From the NCBI RefSeq assembly GCF_004010195.1, contig NC_057718.1, positions 96,966,079-97,030,078 of the forward strand: a stretch of DNA of 64,000 nt. Reading direction: 5' to 3'. The notes under the pieces are model-generated. The model made no database searches. It saw only the letters and a program-made list of their open reading frames with translations, and was not told the origin of the DNA. The translations under genes were made by a program, and so were the position numbers. This document shows, piece by piece, positions 52,290 through 64,000 of this stretch. This stretch comes from Chiloscyllium plagiosum. Its lineage: Eukaryota. Positions within the stretch are counted from its first letter, which is position 1, and each line of letters begins with the position of its first letter.

Positions 52290-52748
52290 GGGTGTAGAAA
52301 AGATTTTACAAGGATGTTGCCAGGGTTGGAGGATTTGAGCCACAGGGAAAGGTTGAATAGGCTGCGGCTGTTTTCCCTGGAGCATCGAAGGCAGAGGAGT
52401 GACCTCATAGAAATTTATAAAATCATGAGGGGCTTGGATAGAGTGAATAGACAAGGTCTTTTTCCCTGGGGTTGGGACAGTCCAGAACTAGAGGGCATAG
52501 GTTTAGGGTGAGAGGGGAAAGATTTAAAAAGGACTTTTCCATGCTGAGGGTGAGCTGCCAGAGGAAGTGGTGGAAGCTGGTACAATTACAACATTTAAAA
52601 GACATCTGGATGAGTATATAAATAGGAAGGGTTCAGAGGGATATAGGCCAAGTGCTGGCAAATGGGACGAGCTTAACTTAGGATATATGGTGGGCCTGGC
52701 CAAGTTGGACCGAAGGGTCCGTTTCGGTGCTGTCCATCTCTCTATGAT
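52290..52748 (+). mobile_element. CR1/HER1-type 3' fragment
   Basis: FTRMLPGLEDLSHRERLNRLRLFSLE...DLIEIYKIMRG. Confidence 0.9.
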
Positions 52749-53434
52749 TGGTGTCCCTGAAATATGCACCTTCGATAATCTGTGTGAGTATGACTGCTGA
52801 GAGTAAATCCGCTCCCTCCAAGGGGAATTGATTTTTTTATTGTTTGTTTGTTTTCCTGTTTGAGGGGTTCTGGTTGGGTTAGCAGCTTGCTTGGAAACAG
52901 ATGGTTTGCTGGCTTTTGAAATATTTTCCAGTGAGTGTGATGACCTTGAAGTGCCCAAGCCACTTGTGCCATACTCGAAACACACCCATCTTTCCCAGTG
53001 ACTTAGAGCTCCAAAGGCTGCTATTCGTTGTGCATTTTTTTTTTGTAAAAGAAAATTGTCCTTGGGATGAGGGCGTCACAGGCTAGGCCGGCATTACTGC
53101 CCATCCCTAACTCCCCAGAGGGCAGTCAGGAGTCAACCATATTGCTGTGGGTCTGGAGTCACATGAGCTAGAATGGGCAATTCCTTCTCTAAAGGACATT
53201 AATGAACTCTGCGGATTTGTCCTGACTTTCAGCAATGCTTTGCACAGTTTATCATTAAACTCTTAATTCTAGATTTTTATTGAATTCAAATTCCACCATC
53301 TGCCACAGTGGGATTAAAATAGAGCACGGGAACAAACAGGTCCCCAGGCATTTAAGGATTCTTTGCAGTAATAGTTTGTTGGTAGTATCACCAAACCGGG
53401 TACTGTATCTGTTTTAGTTGTTGCAAGTTTTCAC

Positions 53435-54142
53435 AGAGTCATACAGCACGGAAACAGACCCTTTGGTCTAACCAGTCCACACTGAACATAACCCCAAACT
53501 AAACTAGTCCCACCTGCCTGCTCCTGGCTCAAATCCCTCCAAACCTTTCCTACTCATGTATTAATCCATGTTCTAATTGTGCCCACATCAACCACTTCCC
53601 TCAGGACGTTCAATCCACATGTGAACCATTTTCTGTGTAAAAAGATTTGCTCCTCTTCTTTAAATCTCTCTCCTCTCACCTTTTAAAAATGTGCCCCCTA
53701 GTCTTGAAATCCCCCACGCTAGGGAAAGGACTCCTACCGTTAACTTTATCTATACCCCGCATCATTTTAGAAATCTTTATAAGGTCACCTCTGACACTCC
53801 AGAGAAAAAGGTCCAGCCCATCCTGCCTTTTTTTACAACTCAAAGCGTCCATACCCGGCAACATCCTGTTAAAGCTCTTCTGAACCCTGTCTGGCTTCCT
53901 AATATCCCTCCTCGATCTGGGTGACCAGAACTGTATTGAGAAGAGGCCTCACCAATATCCTGTGCAATTCCAAACTCCTATACTCAAAGGTCTGAGCAAT
54001 GAAGGCAAGTGTGCCAAATGCCTTTTTAACCACCCTGTCTGTATGTGACACAGATTTCAAAGGATTATGTACTTGAATGCCTACGTCCCTCTGTTCTCCA
54101 TCACTACCCAAGGCCCTACCATTAACTGTATAATCACTGCCC
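53435..54142 (-). mobile_element. CR1 3' fragment
   Basis: YTVNGRALGS...VVKKAFGTLAFI; RGDLIKISKMMRG. Confidence 0.88.
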
Positions 54143-54604
54143 ACTGCTTTTCCCTGTAAGTTCTTCGCTGACCCCTTTTCATGTTAACATGGTGAATGCA
54201 CCTAGCATTCCCTGATTGCAGTTTATAGGTATTTTCTAATCAACCTGTTCAGAAGGTGGGGCTTGGACTTGGGTCACCTGGCTTAGAGGTAGGGACACTA
54301 CCACAGTGCCACAAGTGCCCACAGCTTATATTGTTAGCTATAGTCGAATGCTTAATTCACGAGGTTATTGGAATGTGTTCTGTTGTATCCATGGGTAAGG
54401 TACTTCCAGTGTACAATCCATGCTGACCCTGTGCATTGTATGTGCGCCCTCTAGTAACTGGATGCAAACCCCTCCATTAATTTTACACTTCATTCTGGAT
54501 GTTAGCAAAGGATGTTACTATTGCCAAGACAAACAGGGGGGTTATTGCTGGTGGACTGACCAAGACTTATCCTTCGATAAACATTTCTCAAAAATGACCA
54601 TGAT

Positions 54605-55345
54605 CGAGTCATAAGGAAATAGACCCTTCAGTTCAACCTGTCCATGCTGATCAGATGTGCGGTGGCACGGTGGCTCAGTGGTTAGCACTGCTGCCACGCA
54701 GCATCAGGGACTTGGGTTCGATTCCAGCATTGGGTGACTGTCTGTGTGGAGTTTGCACGTTCTCCCTGAGTCTGTGTGGGTTTCCTCCTCCCCGTCTGAC
54801 AATATGCAGGTCAGGTGAATTGGCGATGCTAAATTGCCCCATAGTGTGCAGGCTAGGTGCATTAGTCAGGGGTAAATTTAAAGTAACAGAGTGGGAAATG
54901 GGTCTGGGTGGCTTACGTTTCAGAGGGTCACTGTGGACTTATTGGGCCAAAGGGCCTGTTTCCATGGTGTAGGGATTCTATGTCCTAAATTAATCTAGTC
55001 CCATTTGCCTGAACTTGGCCCATATCACTCTAAACCCTTCCTATTCATGTACCCATCCAGATGCCTTTTAAATGTTGCAATTTTACCAGCCTCCACCACT
55101 TCCTCTGGCAGCTCATTCCATACTCACACCACCCTCTGTATGAAATAGTTGCCCCTTGCGTCCCTTTTTAAATCTTTCCCCTCTCACCTTAAACCTATGC
55201 CCTTTAGATTGGGGCTCCCCCATCCCAGGGAAAAGACCTTGACTGTTCACCTTATCCATATCCCTCTTGATATCCTAAATTAATCAATTCCCATTTGCCA
55301 GCACTTGGCCCGTATCGCTCTCCACCCTTCCTATCCCTGTACCCA
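54605..55345. mobile_element. CR1 tail (minus) with a nested HE1 SINE (54658-54980, plus) and a short second CR1 tail piece
   Basis: CR1 3' UTR resumes at ~54983 after the SINE; tcctaaattaatc...acccatccagatg is repeated at ~55273. Confidence 0.8.
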
Positions 55346-55954
55346 TCCAGATGCTGTTCCATTTGAAAGGTTTTACATTGCTGTTTGTGTGGGGTGGGGG
55401 CTTGCTGCATTGCAGGTTGGCTGAAGTTTGCATTCGCATGAAAACGCTTTGCTTGGGGAAGGCGCTATATAACTGTACATTGTCTTGAGTCCTGTCCACT
55501 TGGGCTGGCAGTGATGGTGTGTTATTGAGGGCAGCACTGCTCTGTACTTCCTCCCTGCAGGTGGCTTTTGGCATTTTGCTGAGTTGAAATCGATTTTGTT
55601 TTCTTTAAATATGTTTATTTGAATAATAGATGACAGGTCTTTCAAAAGTAAAGCTCACCAAGCAACTGCTGCTCACAACCATGGATTGAAGATCCTCCAG
55701 TTCACTTTCCAAAACTCCCATTGCTTTGCTTTCCCCTGCAGGCTGAGCGATCAATCTTCATTTTCCTTATGGGTCTGGAGGTAGTGAGGACTGCAGATGC
55801 AGGAAGTCAGAGTCGGTAAAATGTCGAGTTGGAAAAACACAGCAGGTCAGACAGGACGAAAGTCAATGTTTTGGGTCAGGACCTTCCCCTGTTCCTCCGA
55901 TGCTGTCTGAGCTGCTGTGTTTTTCCACTTTTCATTTTCCTTATTTCCATTTAT

Positions 55955-57404
55955 GGTGCAATCTTGATTATCTGAACATCAGTTATCCGAATTTTGGATT
56001 ATCCAAGCAAGATTGGGGGCGGCATGGTGGCTCAGTGGTTAGCATAGTGCTAGGGACCCGGGTTCGATTCCAGCCTCGGGCAACTGACTTGTGTGGAGTT
56101 TGCACATTCTCCCCGTGTCTACGTGGGTTTCCTCCCACAATCCAAAGATTAGTAAGTTTGCAGATGACACCAAAATTGGAGGTGTAGTGGACAGTGAAGG
56201 AGGTTACCTCAGATTACAACAGGATTTCGACCTGATGGGCCAATGGGCTGAGAAGTGGCAGATAGAGTTTAATTCAGATAAATGCGAGGTGCTGCATTTT
56301 GGGAAAGCAAATCTTAGCAGGACGTATACACTTAATGGTAAGGTCTGAGGATGTGTTGCTGAACAAAGAGACCTTGGAGTGCAGGTTCATAGCTCTTTGA
56401 AAGTGGAGTCGCAGGTAGATAGGATAGTGAAGAAGGCATTTGGTATGCTTTCCTTTATTGGTCAGAGTANNNNNNNNNNNNNNNNNNNNNNNNNNNNNNN
56501 NNNNNNNNNNNNNNNNNNNNNNNNNNNNNNNNNNNNNNNNNNNNNNNNNNNNNNNNNNNNNNNNNNNNNNNNNNNNNNNNNNNNNNNNNNNNNNNNNNNN
56601 NNNNNNNNNNNNNNNNNNNNNNNNNNNNNNNNNNNNNNNNNNNNNNNNNNNNNNNNNNNNNNNNNNNNNNNNTGCAACATTTAAGAGGCATTTGGATGGG
56701 TATATGAATAGGAAGGGTTTGGAGGGATATGGGCCGGGTGCTAGCAGGTAGGACTAGATTGGTTTGGGATATCTGGTCGGCATGGACGGGTTGGACCAAA
56801 GGGTCTGTTTCCATGCTGTATGACTCCATGACTCTATATGCAGGTTAGGTGGATTGGCCATGCTAAATTGTCCCATAATGTTAGGTGCATTAGTCAGCAG
56901 AAAGTGTAAGGAAATGGGTCTGGGTGGGTTACTCTTTGGAGGGTTGGTGTGGACTGGTTGGGTTGGAGGGCCTGTTTTCACACTGTAGGGAACCTAGTCT
57001 CAAGGCCCCATTCGGGCACGCTGTTTGCTCACTGACCAGGGAGGAGAGATCGTGAGATGACGTCTGCGGGGAGTCAGGGTGACAGGTGACCACACTGGCC
57101 GAAGCGATGATTGCCTGGCCTGCCCACGGCTGTGGTGGGTTGGGGACCTCAGGAACAGTTCGTCCCTCCTTCCCTTCCTCGCAACACACCCAGCACCAAT
57201 TGATGCCAGGTGCCCTGACCGAGAGCCTGATCTTTAAACCGCCACCGACAGCCTGCAAACGCACAGAGGCCTTGGCAGGAATGTGCGAGTGACATGCTGA
57301 AGGGAGTAGGTACCCTGTAGCGGACGGAGCAAAGGGAGCATGATCAGTTATCCGAACAAAATAGTCCCTGCCCGTGTTGTTCGGATAATCGAGGGTGCCC
57401 TGTA
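55955..57404. mobile_element. Tc1/pogo-like non-autonomous DNA element containing a nested HE1 SINE that itself contains a CR1 fragment (56148-56835)
   Basis: Ends aatcttgattatctgaa... and ...ttcggataatcgagggtgccctgta match the 16654-16815 MITE; SINE halves at 56016-56147 and 56838-56995. Confidence 0.65.
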
Positions 57405-58839
57405 CTCCTTACATATGACTGTCCTTCTGCTCCTCAGATCAAGGGTCAGTCATCATGACCCTCTTATTGAACTTTATCTTCACGTTTCAGCATTTATCAA
57501 CCTGACTTCAAAATGTTTGCAGTATACTTCCCTTCACCTGGATATTTCTTTCTGACCCGATACACAATGCCCTCCATCTGCCACTTGGCGGCTGCAGTGT
57601 GTACCGTCTGCAAGTTGCACTCCAGCAACTCAACAAGATCTCATTGGGTAGCACCTTTGGTCACAAGCACCATATAGGACAAGGGCAGCAGATCCATTGG
57701 AACGCTGTCAGCTGAAGGATCCCCTCCAAGCTATGTATCGTCCTAACTTGGAACTTTATCGTTGTTGCTGAATAAAATCTGGGAACCCACTTTGTAACAG
57801 CACACTGGCTGTCATCAAAAGGTTGCAGTGATTCAAGATGGCAGTTTACCCCCACCTCTTTCTCAAGGCCATTTAGAAATGGGTGAATAATACTGGCCCA
57901 GCCAATGACGCCAATATCCCATGAGTAAACTCACCAAAAAATCACTCTCTCTCTGAGCTGTGTTTTTCTGTTCATTACATAAGAAAACACTTGTGACAGA
58001 AGTGTCACTTTCAGGAATATCGATTTAATTTGATGGGAAGTACTTCAAATGGTTTTAGCCAGGAACTGCCTCCTGCGGCTTGTAGATTTAAACCATGCTC
58101 TGGATGTATAAAAACCTGGTCCCTCTAACATCACTCCCAACCTCGGCTCTCCTTTGGTTTCTATCAGGGACCATTACTGCATCTGAAAATGCTCAGCATA
58201 GCAAGGGTATAAGGATTATGAGTGGGTATAAAGCTGTGGTTGGTATCTAAATCATCAGGTTAATTGACCATCTGAGCAATCTTGTCATTCCTCAAATTAT
58301 TTTTCTGGAGCTTCCATGTTCGGATTAACTACAGTGGGACTGCACTTCCCAGCATTTCGTTTCCTCCCTCAGTAACCTGTTTTTATGTCCCTGTCTCCAT
58401 TTGGTTTAAGCCTCATCAGAGAAAGCGAGTGCTTCTTCTGTCATGCCCCAGTGATATTTCTCCTGAATTACCCACAGCAGATTCCAGGCTAATGCCAGAG
58501 GGTTGGTATCTGCAGGCAGACTTGGCATTTGCAAGAATGCTATGATGTCCCAGTGCCCACACCAAGCAAGGGTTGGGTGCCTGCTCTGAAGTTCATGTCC
58601 AGCAGAAACACCTCACTGTAGCTTTGCCTGAAAAGCCAGCTTCATTCCCCTGGGCCCCTCAACTTGAAGACATCAAAGTATAACTGCCTGGAGCCAATAC
58701 CACAGGAAACCGATGTGTCGTAATGATTAATTTATCCCGAGCGTTCACAGATTGGAGCCACTGTACACATCCTTGAAAATGGTGAGCTCCCGACCAAGGG
58801 CAGAACAAAAAATAATTAAATCCGGAATTCATTGATGGG

Positions 58840-59190
58840 GAGTTGAAGGCCTATTATCGCTGGACTGTTAGTGTAGAGACACAGATAACGTTCTGGGGCC
58901 TGGGTTCGAATCCATCCATGGCAGATGGTGGAATTTGAATTCAATAAAATACCCGGAAGTAAGAATCTAATGATGGCCATGTATTCATCGTCGATTGTTG
59001 GAAAAACCCATCTGGTTCATTAAATTTCTTTAAGGACAGAAACTGCCATCCTTACCTGGTCTGGCCGACATGTGACTCCAGACCCACAGCAATGTGGTTG
59101 ACTCTTAACTGCCCTCTGGGCAATTAGAGATGGGCAATAAATGCTGGCTCAGCTAGCGATGCGCTCATCCTGTGAACAATTAAAGAAAAG
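58840..59190 (+). mobile_element. tRNA-derived SINE with L2-type tail
   Basis: B-box gggttcgaatcc; catgtgactccagacccacagcaatgtggttgactc; gggcaataaatgctgg tail; another copy at 41290-41610. Confidence 0.75.
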
Positions 59191-59451
59191 TAAAGACAGT
59201 GTTGTGGTTATGTGACTGGATTAGAAATATAGAGGCAGGCAATTTAACTTTGATGTCTGATTTTGTTTTTAATTAAAAAAATAAGTTCTGGAACTTTGTT
59301 TTATTTAAAAACCAGGATCTGTGAGAAAAGGTATTGATCTGTTATTAAGATGCATTTGATTCAATTGATGGAAGGTAGCTTGCTTTTCTTTCTCTGCTCT
59401 GATCGAGCTGTGAACTCCAGTCCAGCACCAGTGTGGTTTAATCTTGACCAC

Positions 59452-59578
59452 TTTATTGCTGGAACAGCACAGCAGGTCAGGCAGCATCCAGGGAACAGGA
59501 TGCTGCCTGACCTGCTGTGCTGTTCCAGCAATAAAGTTTCAACTTTGATCTCCAGCATCTGCAGACCTCACTTTCTCC
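59452..59578. mobile_element. Palindromic Penelope-like mini-element (family A-related), hammerhead segment absent
   Basis: 14-bp TSD TTAATCTTGACCAC at 59438-59451 and 59579-59592; ~40-bp perfect inverted arms with an 8-nt loop. Confidence 0.88.
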
Positions 59579-59789
59579 TTAATCTTGACCACGCCAAGGT
59601 GAATCATTAAACTGTTCAACTGGAGGTGGGCATGCAATATCACACAACCTGAACATCCCTCCCTTGAAGATCCAGGGAAGAATCTCTATCTTTGGCCACC
59701 ACCCTCCCCAGACCACTTCCTCCCATCAGCAGAGACCAGCGGGTACAAACCTTCCTTACTAGTTTGCCGTCCCACCTCAAAACTATTAT

Positions 59790-61000
59790 TGAGGTTTATA
59801 AAATCAAGAGGGGCACGGCGAGGGTAAATAGATAAGGTCTTTGCCCTGGGGTGGGGGAGTCCAGAACTAGAGGAAGTGGTGGAGGATGCTCAATTACAAT
59901 ACTTAGAGTCATAGAGATGTACAGCATGGAAACAAACCCTTCGGTCCAACCCGTCCATGCCGACCAAATATCCCAACCCAATCTAGTCCCACCTGCGAGC
60001 ACTCGGCCCATATCCCTCCAAACCCTTCCTATTCATATACCCATCCAAATGCCTCTTAAATGTTGCAATTGTACCAGCCTCCACCACATCCTCTGGCAGC
60101 TCATTCCATACACGTACCACCCTCCATTTGAAAAAGCTGCCCCCTTTTAGGTCACTTTTACATCTTTCCCCCCTCACCTTGTGTGAAAAAGTTGCCCCTT
60201 AAGTCACTTTTATATCTTTCACCTCTCACCCTANNNNNNNNNNNNNNNNNNNNNNNNNNNNNNNNNNNNNNNNNNNNNNNNNNNNNNNNNNNNNNNNNNN
60301 NNNNNNNNNNNNNNNNNNNNNNNNNNNNNNNNNNNNNNNNNNNNNNNNNNNNNNNNNNNNNNNNNNNNNNNNNNNNNNNNNNNNNNNNNNNNNNNNNNNN
60401 NNNNNNNNNNNNNNNNAACACTCCCTAGGACCTTACCATTAAGTGTATAAGTCCTGCTAAAATTTGCTTTCCCGAAATGCAGCACCTCGCATTTATCTGA
60501 ATTAAACTCTATCTGCCACTTCTCAGCCCATTAGCCCATCTGGTCCAGATCCTGTTGTAATCTGAGGTAACCCTCTTCGCTGTCCACTACATCTCCAATT
60601 TTGGTGTCATCTGCAAACTTACTAACTGTACCTCTTATGCTCGCATCCAAATCATTTATGTAAATGACAAAAAGTAGAGGACCCAGCACCGATCCTTGTG
60701 GCACACCACTGGCCATAGGCCTCCAGTCTGAAAAACAACCCTCCACCACCACCCTCTGTCTTCTACCTTTGAGCTATATCCAAATGGCTAGTTCTCCCTG
60801 TATTCCATGAGATCTAACCTTGCTAACCAGTCTCCCATTCTTCTAGATGGCTGTATGAATATATGAATATGAATAGGAAGGATTTAGAGCGATATGGGCA
60901 AAGAGTTGGCAAATTGGACGAGATTAGGTTGGGATATCTGATCGGTATGGACATGTTGGACCGAAGGGTCTGTTTCCGTGCTGTACATCTCTGTGACTCT
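59790..61000. mobile_element. Cluster of CR1 fragments in both orientations around an N gap
   Basis: [22 protein letters not shown]...SKFADDTKI on minus (59905-60840); plus-strand tails at 59790-59875 and 60845-61000. Confidence 0.88.
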
Positions 61001-61167
61001 ATTTTCAAAAAGGCAGGATTGGGTCACAAGGGAAGCCAATTGACGTGGATGTCTGGCCGAGGAAGACCATTGTCGCGACTGGAGTTTTACACTGGGCGTG
61101 CACACCCCCTGCAATGTCTGGATTTTGATTTGATTTGATGATTGACATGTACCGAGTGAAAAGTATT

Positions 61168-61305
61168 AAAAACTGAAATGTCTGCGGACGCTGGAAATCA
61201 GAAACAAAACAGAAATTGCTGGAAAAGCTCTGCAGGTCTGGCAGCATCTGTGGAGAGAAATCAGAGTTAGCATCCCAGGTCCAGTGACCCTTTCTCAGAA
61301 CTGGT
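61168..61305 (-). mobile_element. Penelope-like mini insertion (family C) inside a Rex1-like tail
   Basis: 13-bp TSD AGTGAAAAGTATT at 61155-61167 and 61306-61318. Confidence 0.78.
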
Positions 61306-62095
61306 AGTGAAAAGTATTGTGTTGCACGCTAACCAGGCAAATCCTACTCTACATAAATACATCAGGGTAATAGCATAGAGTTCAGAATACAGTTGTTGAT
61401 GGACAATGTAGTGCTACAGCAACAAAGAAGGTGCATAACAACAGTCCCAGATGGGCGGAAGCCTGGCTGGACTTGTCACTCCATTCTCAATGGAAAGGCC
61501 TACTTTGCTCAGAGATCAGGCAGAAACACGGGAAACTTCACAAAGAAATTCCTCCTTCAGCACTTTCTCCGCAATTAATGGCAAACGAACAAAGTGTGCA
61601 GGAAGTCAGTAGCTTTGCGAGGTTGCATTTTGATAGCATGATTTTGATGGCTGATAAGTTAGCCTTTGGCAAGTTGATGCTCCCCATTTGTTGTCGAGAT
61701 TTTATTTTCTGTTGCAGGTTTAACCAGCCTCTGGCTGTCCACCACAGTGCACTGGGTGCTGTTCTAATCTTGTTCTTTATTCATTGAATTTGCCAGTCTG
61801 TCATGGAAAAAGAAGTATTGTTATTGTTTTATTTAAATGGCCTCTTGGGTATTTGAAACTAAAAACAATCATAAGTTTAATTTATGCAAATGTGACTTGT
61901 GTTGAAATGTATATTCATTTTGATTATGAATTGTTCTGCAAGCATGAAGATTATTTTTTATATCCATTTAATTAACTCCTGTTAGTTGACTTTATTTCAC
62001 TTCCTATCTCAGTCCAGTGTTGTGTTAAGGAATGTTATGTAAATCTCTTTCTGCTATTGTGACTCGCACTAGACCCTACGTTAAATGAAATCTTT

Positions 62096-62233
62096 AGATG
62101 GGATTGGATGGGATTGGATTGGATGGGATGGGATGGGATTAGATGGGATGGGATGGGATTGGATTGGATTGGATTGGATTGGATGGGATGGGTTGGGATT
62201 AGATGGGATGGGATGGGATTGGATTGGATTGAT
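62096..62233. repeat. (GGATG/GGATT)n pentanucleotide microsatellite
   Basis: Directly visible; abuts a Rex1-like 3' end at 62233-62400. Confidence 0.95.
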
Positions 62234-62409
62234 TGTTACATGTACCGAGGCACAGTGAAAAGCTTTGCCTTGTGAGCAATACAGGCAGATCACAGAGTTA
62301 AGTAGCATAGATAGTAAATAATAGGTAAACAGCGGCATAAACAAAAACACAGGTACAGGCGAATGTTAAGAGTTTGAGTCCATTCAGTACTCTAACAACA
62401 GTAGGGTAG

Positions 62410-62785
62410 AAACTGGAGTGTAGGAGGTTGAGGGGTGGCCTTATTGAGGTTTATGATATCATGAGGAGCATAGATAGGGTGAATAACCAAGATCTTTTCC
62501 CCAGGATAGGGGAATCCAAAACTAGAGGGTATAGGTTTAAGTTGAGAAGGGAAAGATTTTAAAAATAACACAAGGGGCAACTTTTTGCACAGAGGGTGAT
62601 TTATGCGTGGAGTGAACTTCCTGAGGAAGTGGTGGATGTGGATACACTTACAACGCTTAAAAGACATTTGAATAAGTTTATGAATAAGAAATGTTTGCAG
62701 GGATATGGGCAAGTGGGACTAGTTTGGTTTGGGATTATGCTCGGTGTGGACTGAAGGATCTGTTCCCATGATGTATGCCTCTATC
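62410..62785 (+). mobile_element. CR1 3' fragment
   Basis: aggttgaggggtggccttattgagg...tgaacttcctgaggaagtgg plus 3' UTR. Confidence 0.85.
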
Positions 62786-62989
62786 CCAACAGACTTTCCT
62801 CCAGCTTTATTAAGTACAAAATCAACACTGAGTTGAAGGAAAAGACTTGCATTTGTATACCGCCTCAGGACATTCCAAAGCACTTTCCAGTCAGTGGAGT
62901 ACTTTTGAAGTGGGCTTGGCCGTTGCAGTATAGAAAGTGAGGCAATCAGTTTGTTTACAGCGAGTTCCCACAAACAGCGTTGTACTAAA

Positions 62990-63302
62990 TGACCCATCCC
63001 ACCCCGGCAATGCTCTCCGGCAACCTCTTGCATCAGGCAGAAGATACAGAAGCTTGAACACAGGCACCAGTGGGTCCAGGAACAGCTTCTTCCCAGCCGT
63101 TATTAGACCGATGAATGGACTCACTAGCCTCAAATAATGCTGACCTTGCCAACAAATGATCTCGCCAAGCACACGCTCTGTGAAATGTAACCTGTATGCC
63201 TCTGTCTGATCTGTACATCCTTGCTTACTATGATCTGCCTATACAGCTCATAAATGAAGCTTTTCATGTACCTTGGTACACGTGGCAATCAATCAATCAA
63301 TC
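62990..63302 (+). mobile_element. Rex1/Babar-like 3' fragment
   Basis: DPSHPGNALRQPLASGRRYRSLNT...RNSFFPAVIRPMN; (aatc)n tail. Confidence 0.85.
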
Positions 63303-64000
63303 ATCCTGCTTTGAGGTGTTACTAACATCTCTGGCGCAACTGGGACTTGAATACAGTCCTCCTGGTGCAGAATTAGGTACACTACCGAAGTGCCACAATC
63401 CAGCTCTCCCTTTGTAAACTGAGAAAATTGGAGCCTTTTGAGGCCAATTGGAACCAGTCCATGTCTGCCAGGTGGGGGAAGGGAATTGCAAAATCTAAAG
63501 GTGAGTGGCAAAGGCGTGGCCACCTCTGGTAGAGCTGAAGGAAGTGGGGATGCACAAGAGGTTTTGAGTTGAGGAGCACTCGGATTAGAGAGATAAGGAG
63601 GAGCATGGAAGCATGTGAGGCCACGGAAGACAATGAAGACAGGGTTGAAAATGGTAAAATCATCACCAGACAGGCATCCAATATCGGTCTCTCAGCTGGA
63701 ATCAGTGCAGTTCAAATACTGGAGGCCGAATTCCTTGCAAGCAGCTTTGCTCCTCAATACTCTGTGATGTCTCACAGTTAGTGATTGTGATGTATCTTCA
63801 GTTCTTACGTACAAAGGCAACATGCCTTTGAGGTCAGATGGGGGAGCTGGTCGAAGAGGAGCAGTGCCAATAACTGACTGTGAATTATGGTTGAATTCAC
63901 AAGGAAGAAAAATGGAATACTTGCGATCAGCGAGATCCTGAAGGTTTAAATAAAATCCGACTTCAAATGAGTTATGAATTACAGCAAAGCTTATGAAAGT

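Overview
This is vertebrate, most likely shark, genomic DNA, inferred from HE1/V-type SINEs, CR1(HER1)-type LINEs and Deu-type SINEs. It is a draft assembly with five N gaps. I found no confident host protein-coding exon; the window reads as a large intron or intergenic region made of transposable-element debris and TE-free, CNE-like stretches. Main contents: a full-length but mutated L1 (3109-10154, minus strand, 8-bp TSD, 5' G-run plus YY1 site); many CR1, L2, Rex1/Babar, RTE and Tx1 fragments; SINEs; and Tc1/pogo-like MITEs. Two things stand out. (1) A ~400-bp non-TE segment is present twice in inverted orientation ~9 kb apart (31410-31830 vs 40115-40535), with a 142-bp core ~93% identical and much more diverged flanks, which suggests a selected duplicated regulatory element or a long-range RNA duplex. 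(2) Many tiny TSD-flanked insertions, often hairpin-shaped, fall into about four families that each carry a minimal hammerhead-ribozyme-like core with a palindromic stem III; one copy is physically linked to a Penelope-type GIY-YIG coding remnant. Repeat family names are by recognition, not database search, and most repeat boundaries are approximate.
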